NCBI GenBank assembly: GCA_963781585.1
Contig: CAWAGQ010000002.1
Location: forward strand, 160,001 to 224,000
Source: an uncultured Gemmatimonadaceae bacterium
Lineage (GTDB): Bacteria > Gemmatimonadota > Gemmatimonadetes > Gemmatimonadales > Gemmatimonadaceae
Length of the DNA: 64,000 bases
Direction of reading: 5' to 3'
Part shown: one piece after another, positions 21,964 through 31,487 of the stretch
Numbering within the stretch: position 1 is the first letter of the stretch
Layout of the letters: every line of letters starts with the position of its first letter
Translations under genes and position numbers: made by a program
Notes under the pieces: generated by a model
Told to the model about the DNA's origin: nothing
The model's database searches: none
Seen by the model: only the letters and a program-made list of their open reading frames with translations

Positions 21964-22026
21964 CGCGCCAGCGCTCCTCGAATCGCCGTGCGCCCCTCGC
22001 CGGTCTCCCCATCAGCCCCAGGCAAC

Positions 22027-22545
22027 GTGCCAGATCAGTCTTCTCGTCCCACGCGAACGGTCAAGCAGTCGCAGCACGAGACCTCCGAGATCATGATGCC
22101 CCAGCACGCCAACAATCTCGGGCACGTCTTCGGCGGCGTTGTGCTGGCCATGATGGATCGCGCCGCCGCGGTGGCCGCGATCCGACATTGTCGCACCACG
22201 TGCGTGACGGCGTCGATCGATCGGGTGGATTTCCGTGAGCCGATCCACGTGGGTGATCTGGTGGTGATGCGTGCCAGCGTGAACTACGTGGGACGGACGT
22301 CCATGGAGGTGGGGGTGCGGGTGGAGGCCGAGGACCTGTTCTCGGGCCGCCGGCGCCACACCAATTCGTGCTATCTGACCTTCGTGGCAGTCGACGCCAG
22401 CGGCCGGCCGGTGGAGGCCCCGGGGCTGGTTGCGGAATCGGAGGATGAGATCCGCCGCTATCACGCCGCTTCGGCGCGGCGACGGCGCCGGCTCGAGGAA
22501 CGGGAAGCGGAAGAGCGAACGCTGAGGGGTGGCGCCGGTGGGTAG
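22027..22545 (+). CDS. Acyl-CoA thioesterase (hotdog fold)
   Basis: [23 protein letters not shown]; start uncertain (21988 or 22027). Confidence 0.9.
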   Translation: MPDQSSRPTRTVKQSQHETSEIMMPQHANNLGHVFGGVVLAMMDRAAAVAAIRHCRTTCVTASIDRVDFREPIHVGDLVVMRASVNYVGRTSMEVGVRVEAEDLFSGRRRHTNSCYLTFVAVDASGRPVEAPGLVAESEDEIRRYHAASARRRRRLEEREAEERTLRGGAGG

Positions 22546-22591
22546 GATTCCGGGCTTGACCGAGGCGGGCGCTGCACGACAGCCTTCTCCA

Positions 22592-22999
22592 ATGACGCAG
22601 CGATTCACCGTGGACCAGGCCAATCGCATGCTGCCACTGGTGAGGCGCATCGTCCGCGACCTGGTGGATGGCTTCGCGACCTGGCAGGCCAGGGTGCGCG
22701 AGTTCGAGGTGGCCACGGCGCAGAGCCGCGCCGACCGGCCGTCCGCGCGGGCCGAGGAGCTCCAACGCGACACCCAGCGGCTGGCGCAGGAGATTCAGGG
22801 ATTCGTGTCGGAGCTGCGCGGACTTGGCGTCGAACCCAAGGGATTCGACATCGGGCTGGTCGACTTTCCCAGCGAGGTGGGCGGACGCACCGTGTATCTG
22901 TGCTGGAAGCTGGGTGAAGAGTCGGTGCAATACTGGCACGAAGTGGACGCCGGTTATTCCGGCCGGCAGCCGCTGGAGTCGATCCTGCAGAACTCCTGA
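22592..22999 (+). CDS. DUF2203 domain protein
   Basis: [35 protein letters not shown]. Confidence 0.9.
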   Translation: MTQRFTVDQANRMLPLVRRIVRDLVDGFATWQARVREFEVATAQSRADRPSARAEELQRDTQRLAQEIQGFVSELRGLGVEPKGFDIGLVDFPSEVGGRTVYLCWKLGEESVQYWHEVDAGYSGRQPLESILQNS

Positions 23000-23022
23000 T
23001 CGTTCATCGCCATCAACTCGTT

Positions 23023-23301
23023 ATGCGCGCCTTTCAGGGACCGGACGGCACAATGTGGGGGGTGGACGTCAAGGTGCCGAGTTTCAGCAGCGCGATGGTG
23101 GTGTTCCGGCCGCCCGATGGAGAAACCGCCCGCGGGGACCGGTATGCGTGGTACAACGCGCACACGCCGGAGGCGCACGATCCGCGGGCGCGGCTCAAGC
23201 CGAAGGCGGTGCTCGAGTCGCTCACCGACATGCAGATCGCCCTGCTTTTCCGGCGGTCGATGCCGATCAACGAGGACCGGCCGAGCTACGTGGTGACGTA
23301 G
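23023..23301 (+). CDS. Hypothetical protein
   Basis: Compact protein-like ORF filling the gap between genes. Confidence 0.65.
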   Translation: MRAFQGPDGTMWGVDVKVPSFSSAMVVFRPPDGETARGDRYAWYNAHTPEAHDPRARLKPKAVLESLTDMQIALLFRRSMPINEDRPSYVVT

Positions 23302-23304
23302 GTC

Positions 23305-24264
23305 TCAGCGTGGCGCGACGGCGCCGGTCGGCGCCGGCGCGGGTTCGTCCTGGAACGCCACGTCGATCTCCAGGCCATCGCGCGCCACGAGGGTGTTGGG
23401 AAAGACCTCGCGCGCCTCCCGTTCCAGGTCGCTCACGTCGCGGGTGTAGCGTGCCGACACGTGGGTGAGCACCAGGCGCTTCACGCCGGCGCGCGCGGCC
23501 ACCTCGGCTGCTTCGCGGGCCGTGGAGTGTCCGGTCTCGACGGCGCGCTCATGTTCCTCGTCGCCAAAGGTCGCTTCGTGGACGAGGAGATCGGCGTCCC
23601 GCGCCATCTCGATCGTGGAGGCCGTGGGCCGCGTGTCGCCGGTGAGTACGACCCGGCGCCCGTAACGGCGTGGGCCCACCAGGACGCCCGGGTCGATCAC
23701 GCGGCCGTCGTCGAGGGTGATCGACTCGCCCCGGTGGATCCGTCCCCAGAGCGGCCCCTCGGGGATACCGAGTTCCCGGGCGAGGTCGGGATTGAAACGC
23801 CCCCGGCGCTCGGCCTCCACCAGGGAGTAGCCCAGGGAGGGAGGCCCGCGGTGGTCCAACTCATGGGCAATGATCACATACTCCTTTCGGGGAATTTCGT
23901 CAGCAGGGTTCAGTTCCCTAACATCGAGTGGGAACGCGAGCCGATCTGCACCGAACAACTCCGCCCGTCGGAGAATGCGTGCGGCGCCTCGCGGACCCCA
24001 GGCCCGCAGGGGTTGGGTGCGTCCCTGGAGCGACATGGTTCGCAGCAAGCCCACGATTCCGAGAAAGTGGTCCGTGTGGAAGTGGGTGAAGAAGACGTCG
24101 TCGAGGTTGAAGGTGATCCCGAAGCGCATCATCTGTCGCTGGGTGCCCTCGCCGCAGTCGAAGAGAAATGTCTCACCTTCGCGCACGAGGGCGACCGAGG
24201 CGACGTTGCGTTCCACGGTGGGGCGTGAAGCGGACGTGCCGAGGAAGCGGAGGGTGAGCGACAT
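23305..24264 (-). CDS. rnz: Ribonuclease Z
   Basis: FLGTS..P, DCGEGTQ, THFHTDH, exosite GIPEGPLWG, TGDT, HEATF, HST. Confidence 0.95.
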   Translation of the reverse strand: MSLTLRFLGTSASRPTVERNVASVALVREGETFLFDCGEGTQRQMMRFGITFNLDDVFFTHFHTDHFLGIVGLLRTMSLQGRTQPLRAWGPRGAARILRRAELFGADRLAFPLDVRELNPADEIPRKEYVIIAHELDHRGPPSLGYSLVEAERRGRFNPDLARELGIPEGPLWGRIHRGESITLDDGRVIDPGVLVGPRRYGRRVVLTGDTRPTASTIEMARDADLLVHEATFGDEEHERAVETGHSTAREAAEVAARAGVKRLVLTHVSARYTRDVSDLEREAREVFPNTLVARDGLEIDVAFQDEPAPAPTGAVAPR

Positions 24265-24334
24265 GGGGCGGAATATAGCGGCACCGGATGGGAGGCCGGG
24301 TCGTTACCGAACGTGATCGCTTTCGAGCGTCAGG

Positions 24335-24350
24335 TGTGATCCATCTCGCA
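24335..24350. promoter_or_regulatory. Possible CRP/FNR-family site
   Basis: TGTGA-TCCATC-TCGCA, one mismatch to TGTGA-N6-TCACA, in the divergent rnz/KGG intergenic region. Confidence 0.4.
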
Positions 24351-24482
24351 GACGTTATGACCGGTGCGGGTGAAGTTGCGGGGCAAGCACTCATCAGGCT
24401 GTTCGATCCACGTGCGCAATTCGGCGCACGGCACGAAGCGGGCGGCGACGTGTTCACCGTATCCATGGCTGTGGGAGGGCTT

Positions 24483-24869
24483 ATGAACGGAAAGAGCAGG
24501 CGAGGATTCGCGTCGATGGATCCATCGCGTCAGCGTGCCATCGCCAGCAGAGGGGGCAAGGCAGCGCATGAGAAGGGAACCGCGCATGAGTGGTCGTCGG
24601 ACGAGGCGCGGAACGCGGGGCGGAAGGGAGGTGAGGTGGTGAGCCGGGACCGCGTACACATGGCCGCTATCGGCCGTGAAGGCGGCGAGGCGCGGGGCCG
24701 TTCCCGTGCCCGGCAGCTCATCGCTGCCAGCAGCAATCTCGATCGGATCGGCCGGTATGCCGATCGCGAGACGCCGGTTGCAACGAGTCGCGAAATGGGC
24801 CCGGCCTCGTCGGAACGGGAGCGCCAGGTTCCTCGGAGTGAGCCTATCCGCTATGACCTGGAGCGGTAG
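24483..24869 (+). CDS. KGG-repeat general stress protein (YciG/GsiB-like)
   Basis: GFASMD..IASRGGKAAH..EARNAGRKGG..IGREGG; GGGAGG RBS. Confidence 0.85.
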   Translation: MNGKSRRGFASMDPSRQRAIASRGGKAAHEKGTAHEWSSDEARNAGRKGGEVVSRDRVHMAAIGREGGEARGRSRARQLIAASSNLDRIGRYADRETPVATSREMGPASSERERQVPRSEPIRYDLER

Positions 24870-25104
24870 GTAGCCGGAGAAGTCGGTTCACCGGGCGGTG
24901 TCTCGAGCGCGCCATCCCCTGCAGTCGGGGAGCGTTCGGGACATCGCCACAGTACGCCCCGTGCTGTTCATGGCCGCCTGTGTCGATGGCGATGCGTCAG
25001 GCGCCAGCCGATCGTGACAGGTCCGTATCCAACGTGTTGGCCCGTCGTGATGTTGCGGCGCGAACCTCAAGTCGTCCTGCAATTCGAAGTGGACGCAGTC
25101 CGGG

Positions 25105-25132
25105 TTGACTTCTGGGCCCTGGCGAATAGGTT
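25105..25132 (+). promoter_or_regulatory. Sigma70-like promoter for tRNA-Ala
   Basis: TTGACT-N16-TAGGTT followed by a GC-rich discriminator. Confidence 0.5.
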
Positions 25133-25222
25133 ACGGGCCAGTGCCGGCCCCGCCCCGAGCGGGGCCGAGTCGTTCACCCGGAGTGCGACCGGAGGAACAA
25201 AGTGGCGCGCTCCCGGTACGTG

Positions 25223-25295
25223 GGGGCTGTAGCTCAGCTGGGAGAGCGCTGCAATCGCACTGCAGAGGTCAGGGGTTCGACTCCCCTCAGCTCCA
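25223..25295 (+). tRNA. tRNA-Ala(CGC), CCA not encoded
   Basis: Acceptor GGGGCTG/CAGCTCC with G3:U70; anticodon arm CTGCA-ATCGCAC-TGCAG; T-loop GTTCGA. Confidence 0.95.
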
Positions 25296-25306
25296 TACTT
25301 AGAGCA

Positions 25307-25348
25307 GGTCAAAGGCCAGAAGTCAAAGGCCAGAGGTCATAGGGCATT
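25307..25348 (+). repeat. Heptamer tandem repeat (GGCCAGA family)
   Basis: GGTCAAA GGCCAGA AGTCAAA GGCCAGA GGTCATA GGGCATT. Confidence 0.75.
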
Positions 25349-25356
25349 CAGGACTG

Positions 25357-25430
25357 CCTCAGGGTGTTAGCCCGCCGCCGACCGGTAGGACGTAGAGTTC
25401 CAATGGCGGCGTGCGTGGCGAACCCTGGGG
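25357..25430 (+). ncRNA. Candidate structured RNA of unknown family
   Basis: Nested pairings CCTCAGG/CCTGGGG, GTTaGCC/GGCgAAC and GCCGCC/GGCGGC between the tRNA and the terminator. Confidence 0.35.
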
Positions 25431-25444
25431 AACTGCAGGAGAGG

Positions 25445-25476
25445 CGCTGCTGATCGGGTGATCGGCGGCGTTTTTT
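25445..25476 (+). terminator. Rho-independent terminator
   Basis: 11-bp stem CGCTGCTGATC/GATCGGCGGCG (2 G:U) followed by TTTTTT. Confidence 0.85.
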
Positions 25477-25485
25477 GTTTGTGCC

Positions 25486-26772
25486 CTATTGCCGCCCCAC
25501 ATCCGCCCGTAGCGCCGCGAAGAGCCGCGCCAGGTAGCTGTTCTCCTCCGCTTCCACGCGCCCGCTGAAGTCACTGAACGCCGACGCGCCCAGGCGACCG
25601 ATCCAGCGCATGATTGCGCTCTCGTTCACGACCAGGTGGAGCGCGCGGAAGCTGAGGGTCTGCGGCGGGATGTCGTCGCGGACGCCCAGCCGGAGCTCGA
25701 TGCCGCGGCCCTGGAACGGGCGGCGGAGCGGCGAGTGAATGAGCTTGTCCACGGCCAGCGGGAAGTGCCACGCCGGTTCGCGTCGGAACCGGAACATCCA
25801 CGCGCGCAGGTGCTCGCCGCGCTCGATGGTGAAGTCGGCCACGAGGTCGGTGTAGCCGATGCGGTAGAAGCTGTGCTTGAGCGAGATGTCGCTCTCGAGG
25901 AGGAGTGAATCGGGCAGCGGGCGGGCGGGATCATCGAGGGCGACGAGGGTCCCGGCGCGGGCGCGGAGCCGGACGACGGCGTGGCCGTTGCGGCCAGTCA
26001 GGTCGAAGTAGCGCGCCCCTGCGTGATCGGTGACGGTGAACCGGTAGACGGTCGGGACGGCGTATTTGTCGAGGTACGCGGCGAAGGCCGGGAGGGAGGT
26101 GCGGATACTGTCGGGACGGATCGCGATGCCTAACGTGAGCGCGGTGGAGCCGTCGGTGGCCACGACGGTGCGCAGCGAGTCGATGGCGAAGAGGCGTGAC
26201 AGGTAGCGCGCGGTACTGGGGAATGCGGCCACGGCGCCAGCCCGCGCCTGGTCACTGGACATGCCCGCGGCGCCGGTGAAGGTGGCGGCGATGGCCGCCG
26301 CGATGGCGCCGGCGGTCGCGTGGCCGATGGCATGATCGATCGTGGTGTTCCACTCGTAATCGTTGTGCCCCAGCGATCGAAGCTGGAGGAAGTGCCGCTG
26401 CTCACCGAGCTCCGATGGGTAGGGGGCGTTGGTGCCATTGGAGAACCGGTACCGGCCATTGTCGCGCGTGCCACGCAGGTACATCGCGCGCGAGCTGTCG
26501 GCGGTGGAGACGATCGGCCAGATGGCGGTGTCGGAGTAGAGGTGCGAGGGGATGAGCGCCTCGCGCGCCATCTCGATTCGGGCGCTATCGAAATGCGGTT
26601 CGCGCTCGGCGTCGGTGAAGCGGTACTGAAATGCGGCGAATGTGTCGCCCGCGTTCGTGCGCGCGGACTCGGGGGTCGAGCCGAACGCGTCGATGGTGGC
26701 GCGGCAGGCGGATGAGGCCGCGACTGCGGCGAGGAAGGCGAGGTGGAGAGAAAGGGCGGGCCTGCGGCGCAA
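25486..26772 (-). CDS. Hypothetical lipoprotein
   Basis: Lipobox-like ASSAC after a hydrophobic stretch. TTG start approximate; the longer ORF overlaps tRNA-Gln. Confidence 0.65.
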   Translation of the reverse strand: MRRRPALSLHLAFLAAVAASSACRATIDAFGSTPESARTNAGDTFAAFQYRFTDAEREPHFDSARIEMAREALIPSHLYSDTAIWPIVSTADSSRAMYLRGTRDNGRYRFSNGTNAPYPSELGEQRHFLQLRSLGHNDYEWNTTIDHAIGHATAGAIAAAIAATFTGAAGMSSDQARAGAVAAFPSTARYLSRLFAIDSLRTVVATDGSTALTLGIAIRPDSIRTSLPAFAAYLDKYAVPTVYRFTVTDHAGARYFDLTGRNGHAVVRLRARAGTLVALDDPARPLPDSLLLESDISLKHSFYRIGYTDLVADFTIERGEHLRAWMFRFRREPAWHFPLAVDKLIHSPLRRPFQGRGIELRLGVRDDIPPQTLSFRALHLVVNESAIMRWIGRLGASAFSDFSGRVEAEENSYLARLFAALRADVGRQ

Positions 26773-26891
26773 AGTGCCGGGGAATAGAGGGTTAGGCCGG
26801 GTCTCGAGGGGTTGCCGGGGTAGTCCGGAGGCGGGTATCTTAGCAACCCGGCCGATGCGGATGATAGTTTGTCGGGCGGCAGGGAAGTCAT

Positions 26892-26964
26892 TGCCCCTTG
26901 GTGTAACTGGCAACACGCCTGACTCTGGATCAGGAGAGTCCTGGTTCGATCCCAGGAGGGGCAA
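26892..26964 (+). tRNA. tRNA-Gln(CTG), CCA not encoded
   Basis: Acceptor TGCCCCT/AGGGGCA; anticodon arm CCTGA-CTCTGGA-TCAGG; T arm CCTGG-TTCGATC-CCAGG. Confidence 0.95.
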
Positions 26965-27004
26965 TATCGAGCGGCGGGTCCAAGAGACCCGCCGCTTCCG
27001 CTCC

Positions 27005-27060
27005 TGCCCCTTGGGCTCGGAGGCTCGCTGGCGCTGCGCCACGACCCAGGAGGGGCAATA
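27005..27060 (+). repeat. Degenerate copy of tRNA-Gln ends
   Basis: TGCCCCTTGG (tRNA nt 1-10) plus CCCAGGAGGGGCAATA (identical to 26951-26966). Confidence 0.75.
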
Positions 27061-27064
27061 GATC

Positions 27065-27520
27065 TCATTCACCCAATGTCGGAAGCTCCTTGCGGCCGGC
27101 GGCCTCTCTCGCGCGCTGGCGGGCATCCGCGGCGTCAAAAGTACGCCAGAGATTGTACACCCAGAACATGGCGCCAAGCGCGAACAGGGATCCGCCCGCC
27201 ACCGTGACCCATCGCCCGGAGGTTGCACTGGTTGGCGACATCAGAAACCCGACCGCGAGACCGGCCAATCCGACATTGGCGCAGAACAGGTGTGCGATCG
27301 CGAGGGGCGCACTGTGCAGCGGATGCCCGAACAGCCTGGGGAGCAGCTGATAGCCGACGCCGAACACCAGCATGGTGAGAAACCCCACCACGTTCATGTG
27401 CGCGTGGGCGGCCCGGTAGATGATCCATTGCGGATGCACGGCCATCGCCACCCCCAGCACGATCCCGGCCGCGAACCACAGCAGCGAAGATCGGATAAAC
27501 GCCTTGATGAACCATTCCAT
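27065..27520 (-). CDS. Small 4-TM protein resembling a heme-copper oxidase subunit I fragment
   Basis: AHAHMNVVGF..FGVGYQLLPR motif; four hydrophobic segments. Confidence 0.65.
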   Translation of the reverse strand: MEWFIKAFIRSSLLWFAAGIVLGVAMAVHPQWIIYRAAHAHMNVVGFLTMLVFGVGYQLLPRLFGHPLHSAPLAIAHLFCANVGLAGLAVGFLMSPTSATSGRWVTVAGGSLFALGAMFWVYNLWRTFDAADARQRAREAAGRKELPTLGE

Positions 27521-27782
27521 CCATGTGGACCCGGCTCAGGGTACGGGGGCGAGTCAGCGTACGGTCCTGAATCGCACTGCCTAACGGCCAGCAGCGAGCG
27601 ACGGCGCGTCACCCCGGCGCGTCCGGCAGGCGCGTGGCCGCGACCCGGCTCGCATCAGGGAGTGACAGCACGGTCGCCGACGCGATGCCTGTAGAGTACT
27701 GGCCGGCCCGGTTCCGAGGGAGCGCCAGGAAAGATGATACCGCCTTCATCCCGGGCACGCGAAACGGCGCGCCCGACTTCCA

Positions 27783-28472
27783 CTAGACCACCGCGCCAAA
27801 CAGGCGCCCGATCAACGCGGTGCATCCCATCGCCAGTGCGCCCCACAGCGCGACGCGTAGCGCGCCTTTGACCGGCGGCGCGCCACCCATTCTCGCGGCG
27901 GCGGCGCCGAGCACGACGAGAAGGGCCAGTGAGCTGCCTGTGATGCCGCGGCTCAGCCATTCCCGCGGCAGAATGGCGGCCAGCAGCGCGGGCGGCGCGG
28001 CGCCAACCGCGAATGCCGCTGCAGACGCCAAGGCCGCCTGGACCGGCCGCGCGCGCGTTCGCTCGTGCATGCCGAGTTCGTCGCGCAGGTGAGCGCCCAG
28101 CGCATCGTGCGCCATGAGTTCGTCCGCCACCTGCCGGGCCAGTTCCGGCCTCAGGCCACGGTCCACGTAGATCCCCGCGAGCTCCGCGCGCTCCTTGGCT
28201 GGCGAAGCCTCCAGCTCGCGTTGCTCGCGCGCACGATCGGCTCGCTCGGTGTCAGATTGTGAACTCACGGAGACATACTCGCCCGCAGCCATCGAAAGGG
28301 CCCCAGCCACCAAGCCGGCCATTGCCGTGATCAGTATGGCGGAACGCCCGCTCACTGCCGCGGCCACGCCCACGACGAGGCTGCTTGTGGAGATCAGCCC
28401 GTCGTTGGCTCCGAGCACCGCCGCTCGGAGCCAGCCGATGTTGTCCGTGCGGTGGGACTCCGCTTGAGGCAT
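27783..28472 (-). CDS. VIT1/CCC1 family Fe/Mn transporter
   Basis: LRAAVLGANDG, SMAAGEYVSVSSQ. Confidence 0.93.
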   Translation of the reverse strand: MPQAESHRTDNIGWLRAAVLGANDGLISTSSLVVGVAAAVSGRSAILITAMAGLVAGALSMAAGEYVSVSSQSDTERADRAREQRELEASPAKERAELAGIYVDRGLRPELARQVADELMAHDALGAHLRDELGMHERTRARPVQAALASAAAFAVGAAPPALLAAILPREWLSRGITGSSLALLVVLGAAAARMGGAPPVKGALRVALWGALAMGCTALIGRLFGAVV

Positions 28473-28593
28473 TCAGTGCACCCAGGTTCGTTTCCGGCAG
28501 GCGGATATACTGTCATTCGGCGTCGCGCTCAAGGGGCGAGGTCCACGCTGCAGCAGCACCCTTGACTCGGACGCCTCGCGGCTATTGCCAGCC

Positions 28594-29376
28594 TCAGCGA
28601 ATCAGTACGCGCGCGCCCACCGGGACGTGCTCAAAGAGCCAGACGAGATCGTCCTCGCCCAGGCGAATGCAGCCGTGCGTGCTTGCCCGCCCGATGCTCA
28701 TTTCGTTCGACGTGCCGTGAATCATGTACCCCTCGCCGAGATCGAGCGCGAAGCGTCCGAGGTCTCCGGCGATCTGGCGATTCACCGTCCCCATCGGCGG
28801 GATGAACAGCGTGCCATCGAAGACGATGTGTTCATCCACGGGGAGCTCCGCGAAGTCCTGGCCCGGGAAAACGATCCCGACCGCGTTGCGTCGTATCACG
28901 AGCCGAGCGCCGCCGCGCAGGGTCGTTCCGCGTGCGCCGAGCCGGGCGAGCCGCAGTCCATGGTTCCGTGCCGTCTCGGCGTAGTGCCAGTCAGGAGGCG
29001 TCCACACGGGGTCAGTAACCTTCCGCAACACCCGCCGCTCGCCACGCGGCGTGCGGAACTCCCACCGGTGTCCGGCATAGACGAATGCAAATCCACTGGC
29101 CACTCCGACCGGCGCTCGGAAAACGGTATCCTCCCCCTGGAGCACCGACAACGTCCGGTCGGCCAGTGAAACGATCAGCCGCATCGACGCCGCGCTGCTG
29201 GTGTCGCGGAGGCGCAATCTCCCACCGAGGCGAGGATTCAGGGTGTGCGAATCGACGGGAACGGCCGTGGCCGGCAGGCGCTCCGGCTGCTGCGCCCGCA
29301 CGCCGGCGGGACGCGCCAACAGGCCGGAGACCAGTACGCCGGCCACGACCAGGATGCCAGGACGAATCATCGGCAT
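28594..29376 (-). CDS. L,D-transpeptidase (YkuD)
   Basis: IHGT..IGRASTHGCIRL; PVWTPP; signal peptide. Confidence 0.9.
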   Translation of the reverse strand: MPMIRPGILVVAGVLVSGLLARPAGVRAQQPERLPATAVPVDSHTLNPRLGGRLRLRDTSSAASMRLIVSLADRTLSVLQGEDTVFRAPVGVASGFAFVYAGHRWEFRTPRGERRVLRKVTDPVWTPPDWHYAETARNHGLRLARLGARGTTLRGGARLVIRRNAVGIVFPGQDFAELPVDEHIVFDGTLFIPPMGTVNRQIAGDLGRFALDLGEGYMIHGTSNEMSIGRASTHGCIRLGEDDLVWLFEHVPVGARVLIR

Positions 29377-29797
29377 TCGCCGCCCGGAACATCAGCGTCT
29401 TCGCCGCGCGCCCCTGACTTCCTCGTGATCGGGCCCCCAACGCGACGAAGACGATCTGATGCCTAACGTGAATGAGCAACTGCTACCGCAGCGTGATGCC
29501 CGCGATCAATGGAACCCAACGAAGATCGCGGCTGCCGTTCGACGCGTCCACCAGGCTCTTCTCGGCGAACACGTTCGTGACCGCCGAAACGCGCTCCCCT
29601 TCCGATTCTCATCCGGGCCTGATCAGTGAGCTGGACGAGGTCTTCGGCTGGCGGGCCGCCACGCGGGCGGCGCATGCGCCGCGACACCGCATTCGACTAG
29701 CTTGCACATCGTGGTCGAGCGACGCCGCCGGCCGCACGATCCGGGTGCCAGGCACCGGACCGTGACGGTGGCGACCAGCATTCAACCGGAGCCTGCA

Positions 29798-30736
29798 ATG
29801 ACCGGTACCGTCCGCATCCTCGTGCTCCTCGGCATTGTCGTCGGATTCGCTGGTCCACTTCCACTGCGCGCGCAGACACCGTACCCCACGCGGTGCGGGG
29901 CGGGAATTCCGCGCAGCGAGCAGTCGGGCTACGTCCCGCTTCCTCGAGGCGACGTCTTCTGTCCGCTCGTCGCCGATCCCAAGGCATCGACCTCGTTCGC
30001 GAGCTATCTGCACGAACACTCCGATGCGACCACGCCCGACACCTCGATCAACATCGCGTCGGTGGGCATCGGCGATTCGTTCGGACTCGGCCGCTGGAAC
30101 GGCGCCCATCCCGGCGACGGCGTGCAGATTGCGCTGTCGGGCAGCGTCTTCGCGCAGTTCGACCTCAAGAGCGCATCGTACGACCTGCTCAACGCCGATT
30201 ACGTGATCGGGATTCCGGTGACGATCCGGCGCGGCTGGTTTTCGACGCGCATTCGCGTCTATCACCAGAGCTCGCATCTTGGCGACGAATACCTCCTGCG
30301 CGAACCGGCAGATCGACAGGATCGGGTGAATCTCTCCTTCGAGTCGCTGGAATGGATCCTGTCGGCTGATGCCGCGGCGCTGCGGCTGTACGGTGGAGGC
30401 GAGTACCTGTTCCGCCGGTTCCCCAAGGATCTGGAATCCTACGTGGCCCACGGCGGCGCGGAACTGCGGCCGCAATTCCGCATCATCCCGCTCGGCTCGT
30501 TAGGCGGATTCCGCCTGGTGGCGGCCACCGACCTCAAGGCGTCGCAGGAACACGACTGGAAACCGAGCGTGAGCGCGCGGGCGGGGCTGGAGTACGATCG
30601 CGCCGGCCGCGTCGATGCGCCGGGGCGGCGGTGGGGCCTGTTCTTCGAGTACTACAGAGGCCCGTCGCCGTACGGGCAGTTCTACCGCACCGACGTCCGG
30701 CACATGGGGTTGGGGATCCACTTCGGACCGACGTGA
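29798..30736 (+). CDS. DUF1207-family exported protein
   Basis: Signal peptide; LLNADY..G, YHQSSHLGDE, SPYGQF. Confidence 0.8.
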   Translation: MTGTVRILVLLGIVVGFAGPLPLRAQTPYPTRCGAGIPRSEQSGYVPLPRGDVFCPLVADPKASTSFASYLHEHSDATTPDTSINIASVGIGDSFGLGRWNGAHPGDGVQIALSGSVFAQFDLKSASYDLLNADYVIGIPVTIRRGWFSTRIRVYHQSSHLGDEYLLREPADRQDRVNLSFESLEWILSADAAALRLYGGGEYLFRRFPKDLESYVAHGGAELRPQFRIIPLGSLGGFRLVAATDLKASQEHDWKPSVSARAGLEYDRAGRVDAPGRRWGLFFEYYRGPSPYGQFYRTDVRHMGLGIHFGPT

Positions 30737-30742
30737 GCAGGG

Positions 30743-30786
30743 TTTCGCAACGGTAGTGGGTCTGACCCACTACCCTTTCGCAACGG
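30743..30786. repeat. Palindrome GGTAGTGGGTC-T-GACCCACTACC flanked by direct repeats TTTCGCAACGG
   Basis: 11-bp inverted repeat 30752-30774; direct repeats at 30743-30753 and 30776-30786. Confidence 0.75.
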
Positions 30787-30847
30787 CCCCCTTGACAGAC
30801 CGGCGGCTCTGCTGAGAAGCTCGCGCCGTCAGCTCAGCGCCTCGAAC

Positions 30848-31441
30848 ATGGACTCGTCCCCCGCGCATTTTCCGAATGCGGCCGCATTCCGCGCCTGGCT
30901 TCGCACGCATCACCGGACGGCCACGCATCTCGTCGTACGGATCGCCCGGAACCACGCCGCACATCAGGGCGTGACGTACGCGCAGGCGCTCGAGGAGGCG
31001 CTCTGCTTTGGATGGATCGACGGGGTACGGCGCAGCCTGGACCGTGACAGCTTTTCCATTCGCTTCAGTCCGCGGAAACCGCGCAGCATCTGGAGCCGGG
31101 TGAACGTGCGACACGCGAAGCGGCTCGTCGCGGCCGGGCGCATGACCGGAGCCGGACTCAAGGCCTTCGAGGCACGCGACGAAGCACGAACCGGCGTGTA
31201 CTCCTTCGAACGGCAGCCAGCCACGCTGGCCCCGATGTATCAGGCGCTGTTCCGCAAGAAGAAGAAGGCCTGGAAGTACTTCCAGGAGGAGGCCCCATGG
31301 TATCGTCGCACCAGCATCCACTGGGTGATGAGCGCCAGGCGCGAAGAGACGCGCGAGAAGCGCCTCGCGACGCTGATGGCGTGCTCCGCGAAAGGCGAGC
31401 GGATCCCACCGCTCCAGCGGACGCCGAAGGGCGGGAGCTGA
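30848..31441 (+). CDS. YdeI/OmpD-associated family protein
   Basis: EALCFGWIDG, FSPRKPRSIWS, AR.EETREKRL. Confidence 0.9.
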   Translation: MDSSPAHFPNAAAFRAWLRTHHRTATHLVVRIARNHAAHQGVTYAQALEEALCFGWIDGVRRSLDRDSFSIRFSPRKPRSIWSRVNVRHAKRLVAAGRMTGAGLKAFEARDEARTGVYSFERQPATLAPMYQALFRKKKKAWKYFQEEAPWYRRTSIHWVMSARREETREKRLATLMACSAKGERIPPLQRTPKGGS

Positions 31442-31487
31442 CGACGCACCAACGGCGTGTCGGTTCAGACGAACGTCGCGGCGGGGT

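Noticed and set aside
25357..25430. SRP (4.5S) or 6S RNA
   Set aside because: SRP core motif absent; too short for 6S
25223..27060. Integrated genomic island or prophage at the tRNAs
   Set aside because: No integrase or phage genes; the tRNA-Gln 3' repeat encloses only about 80 bp and no distal att was seen
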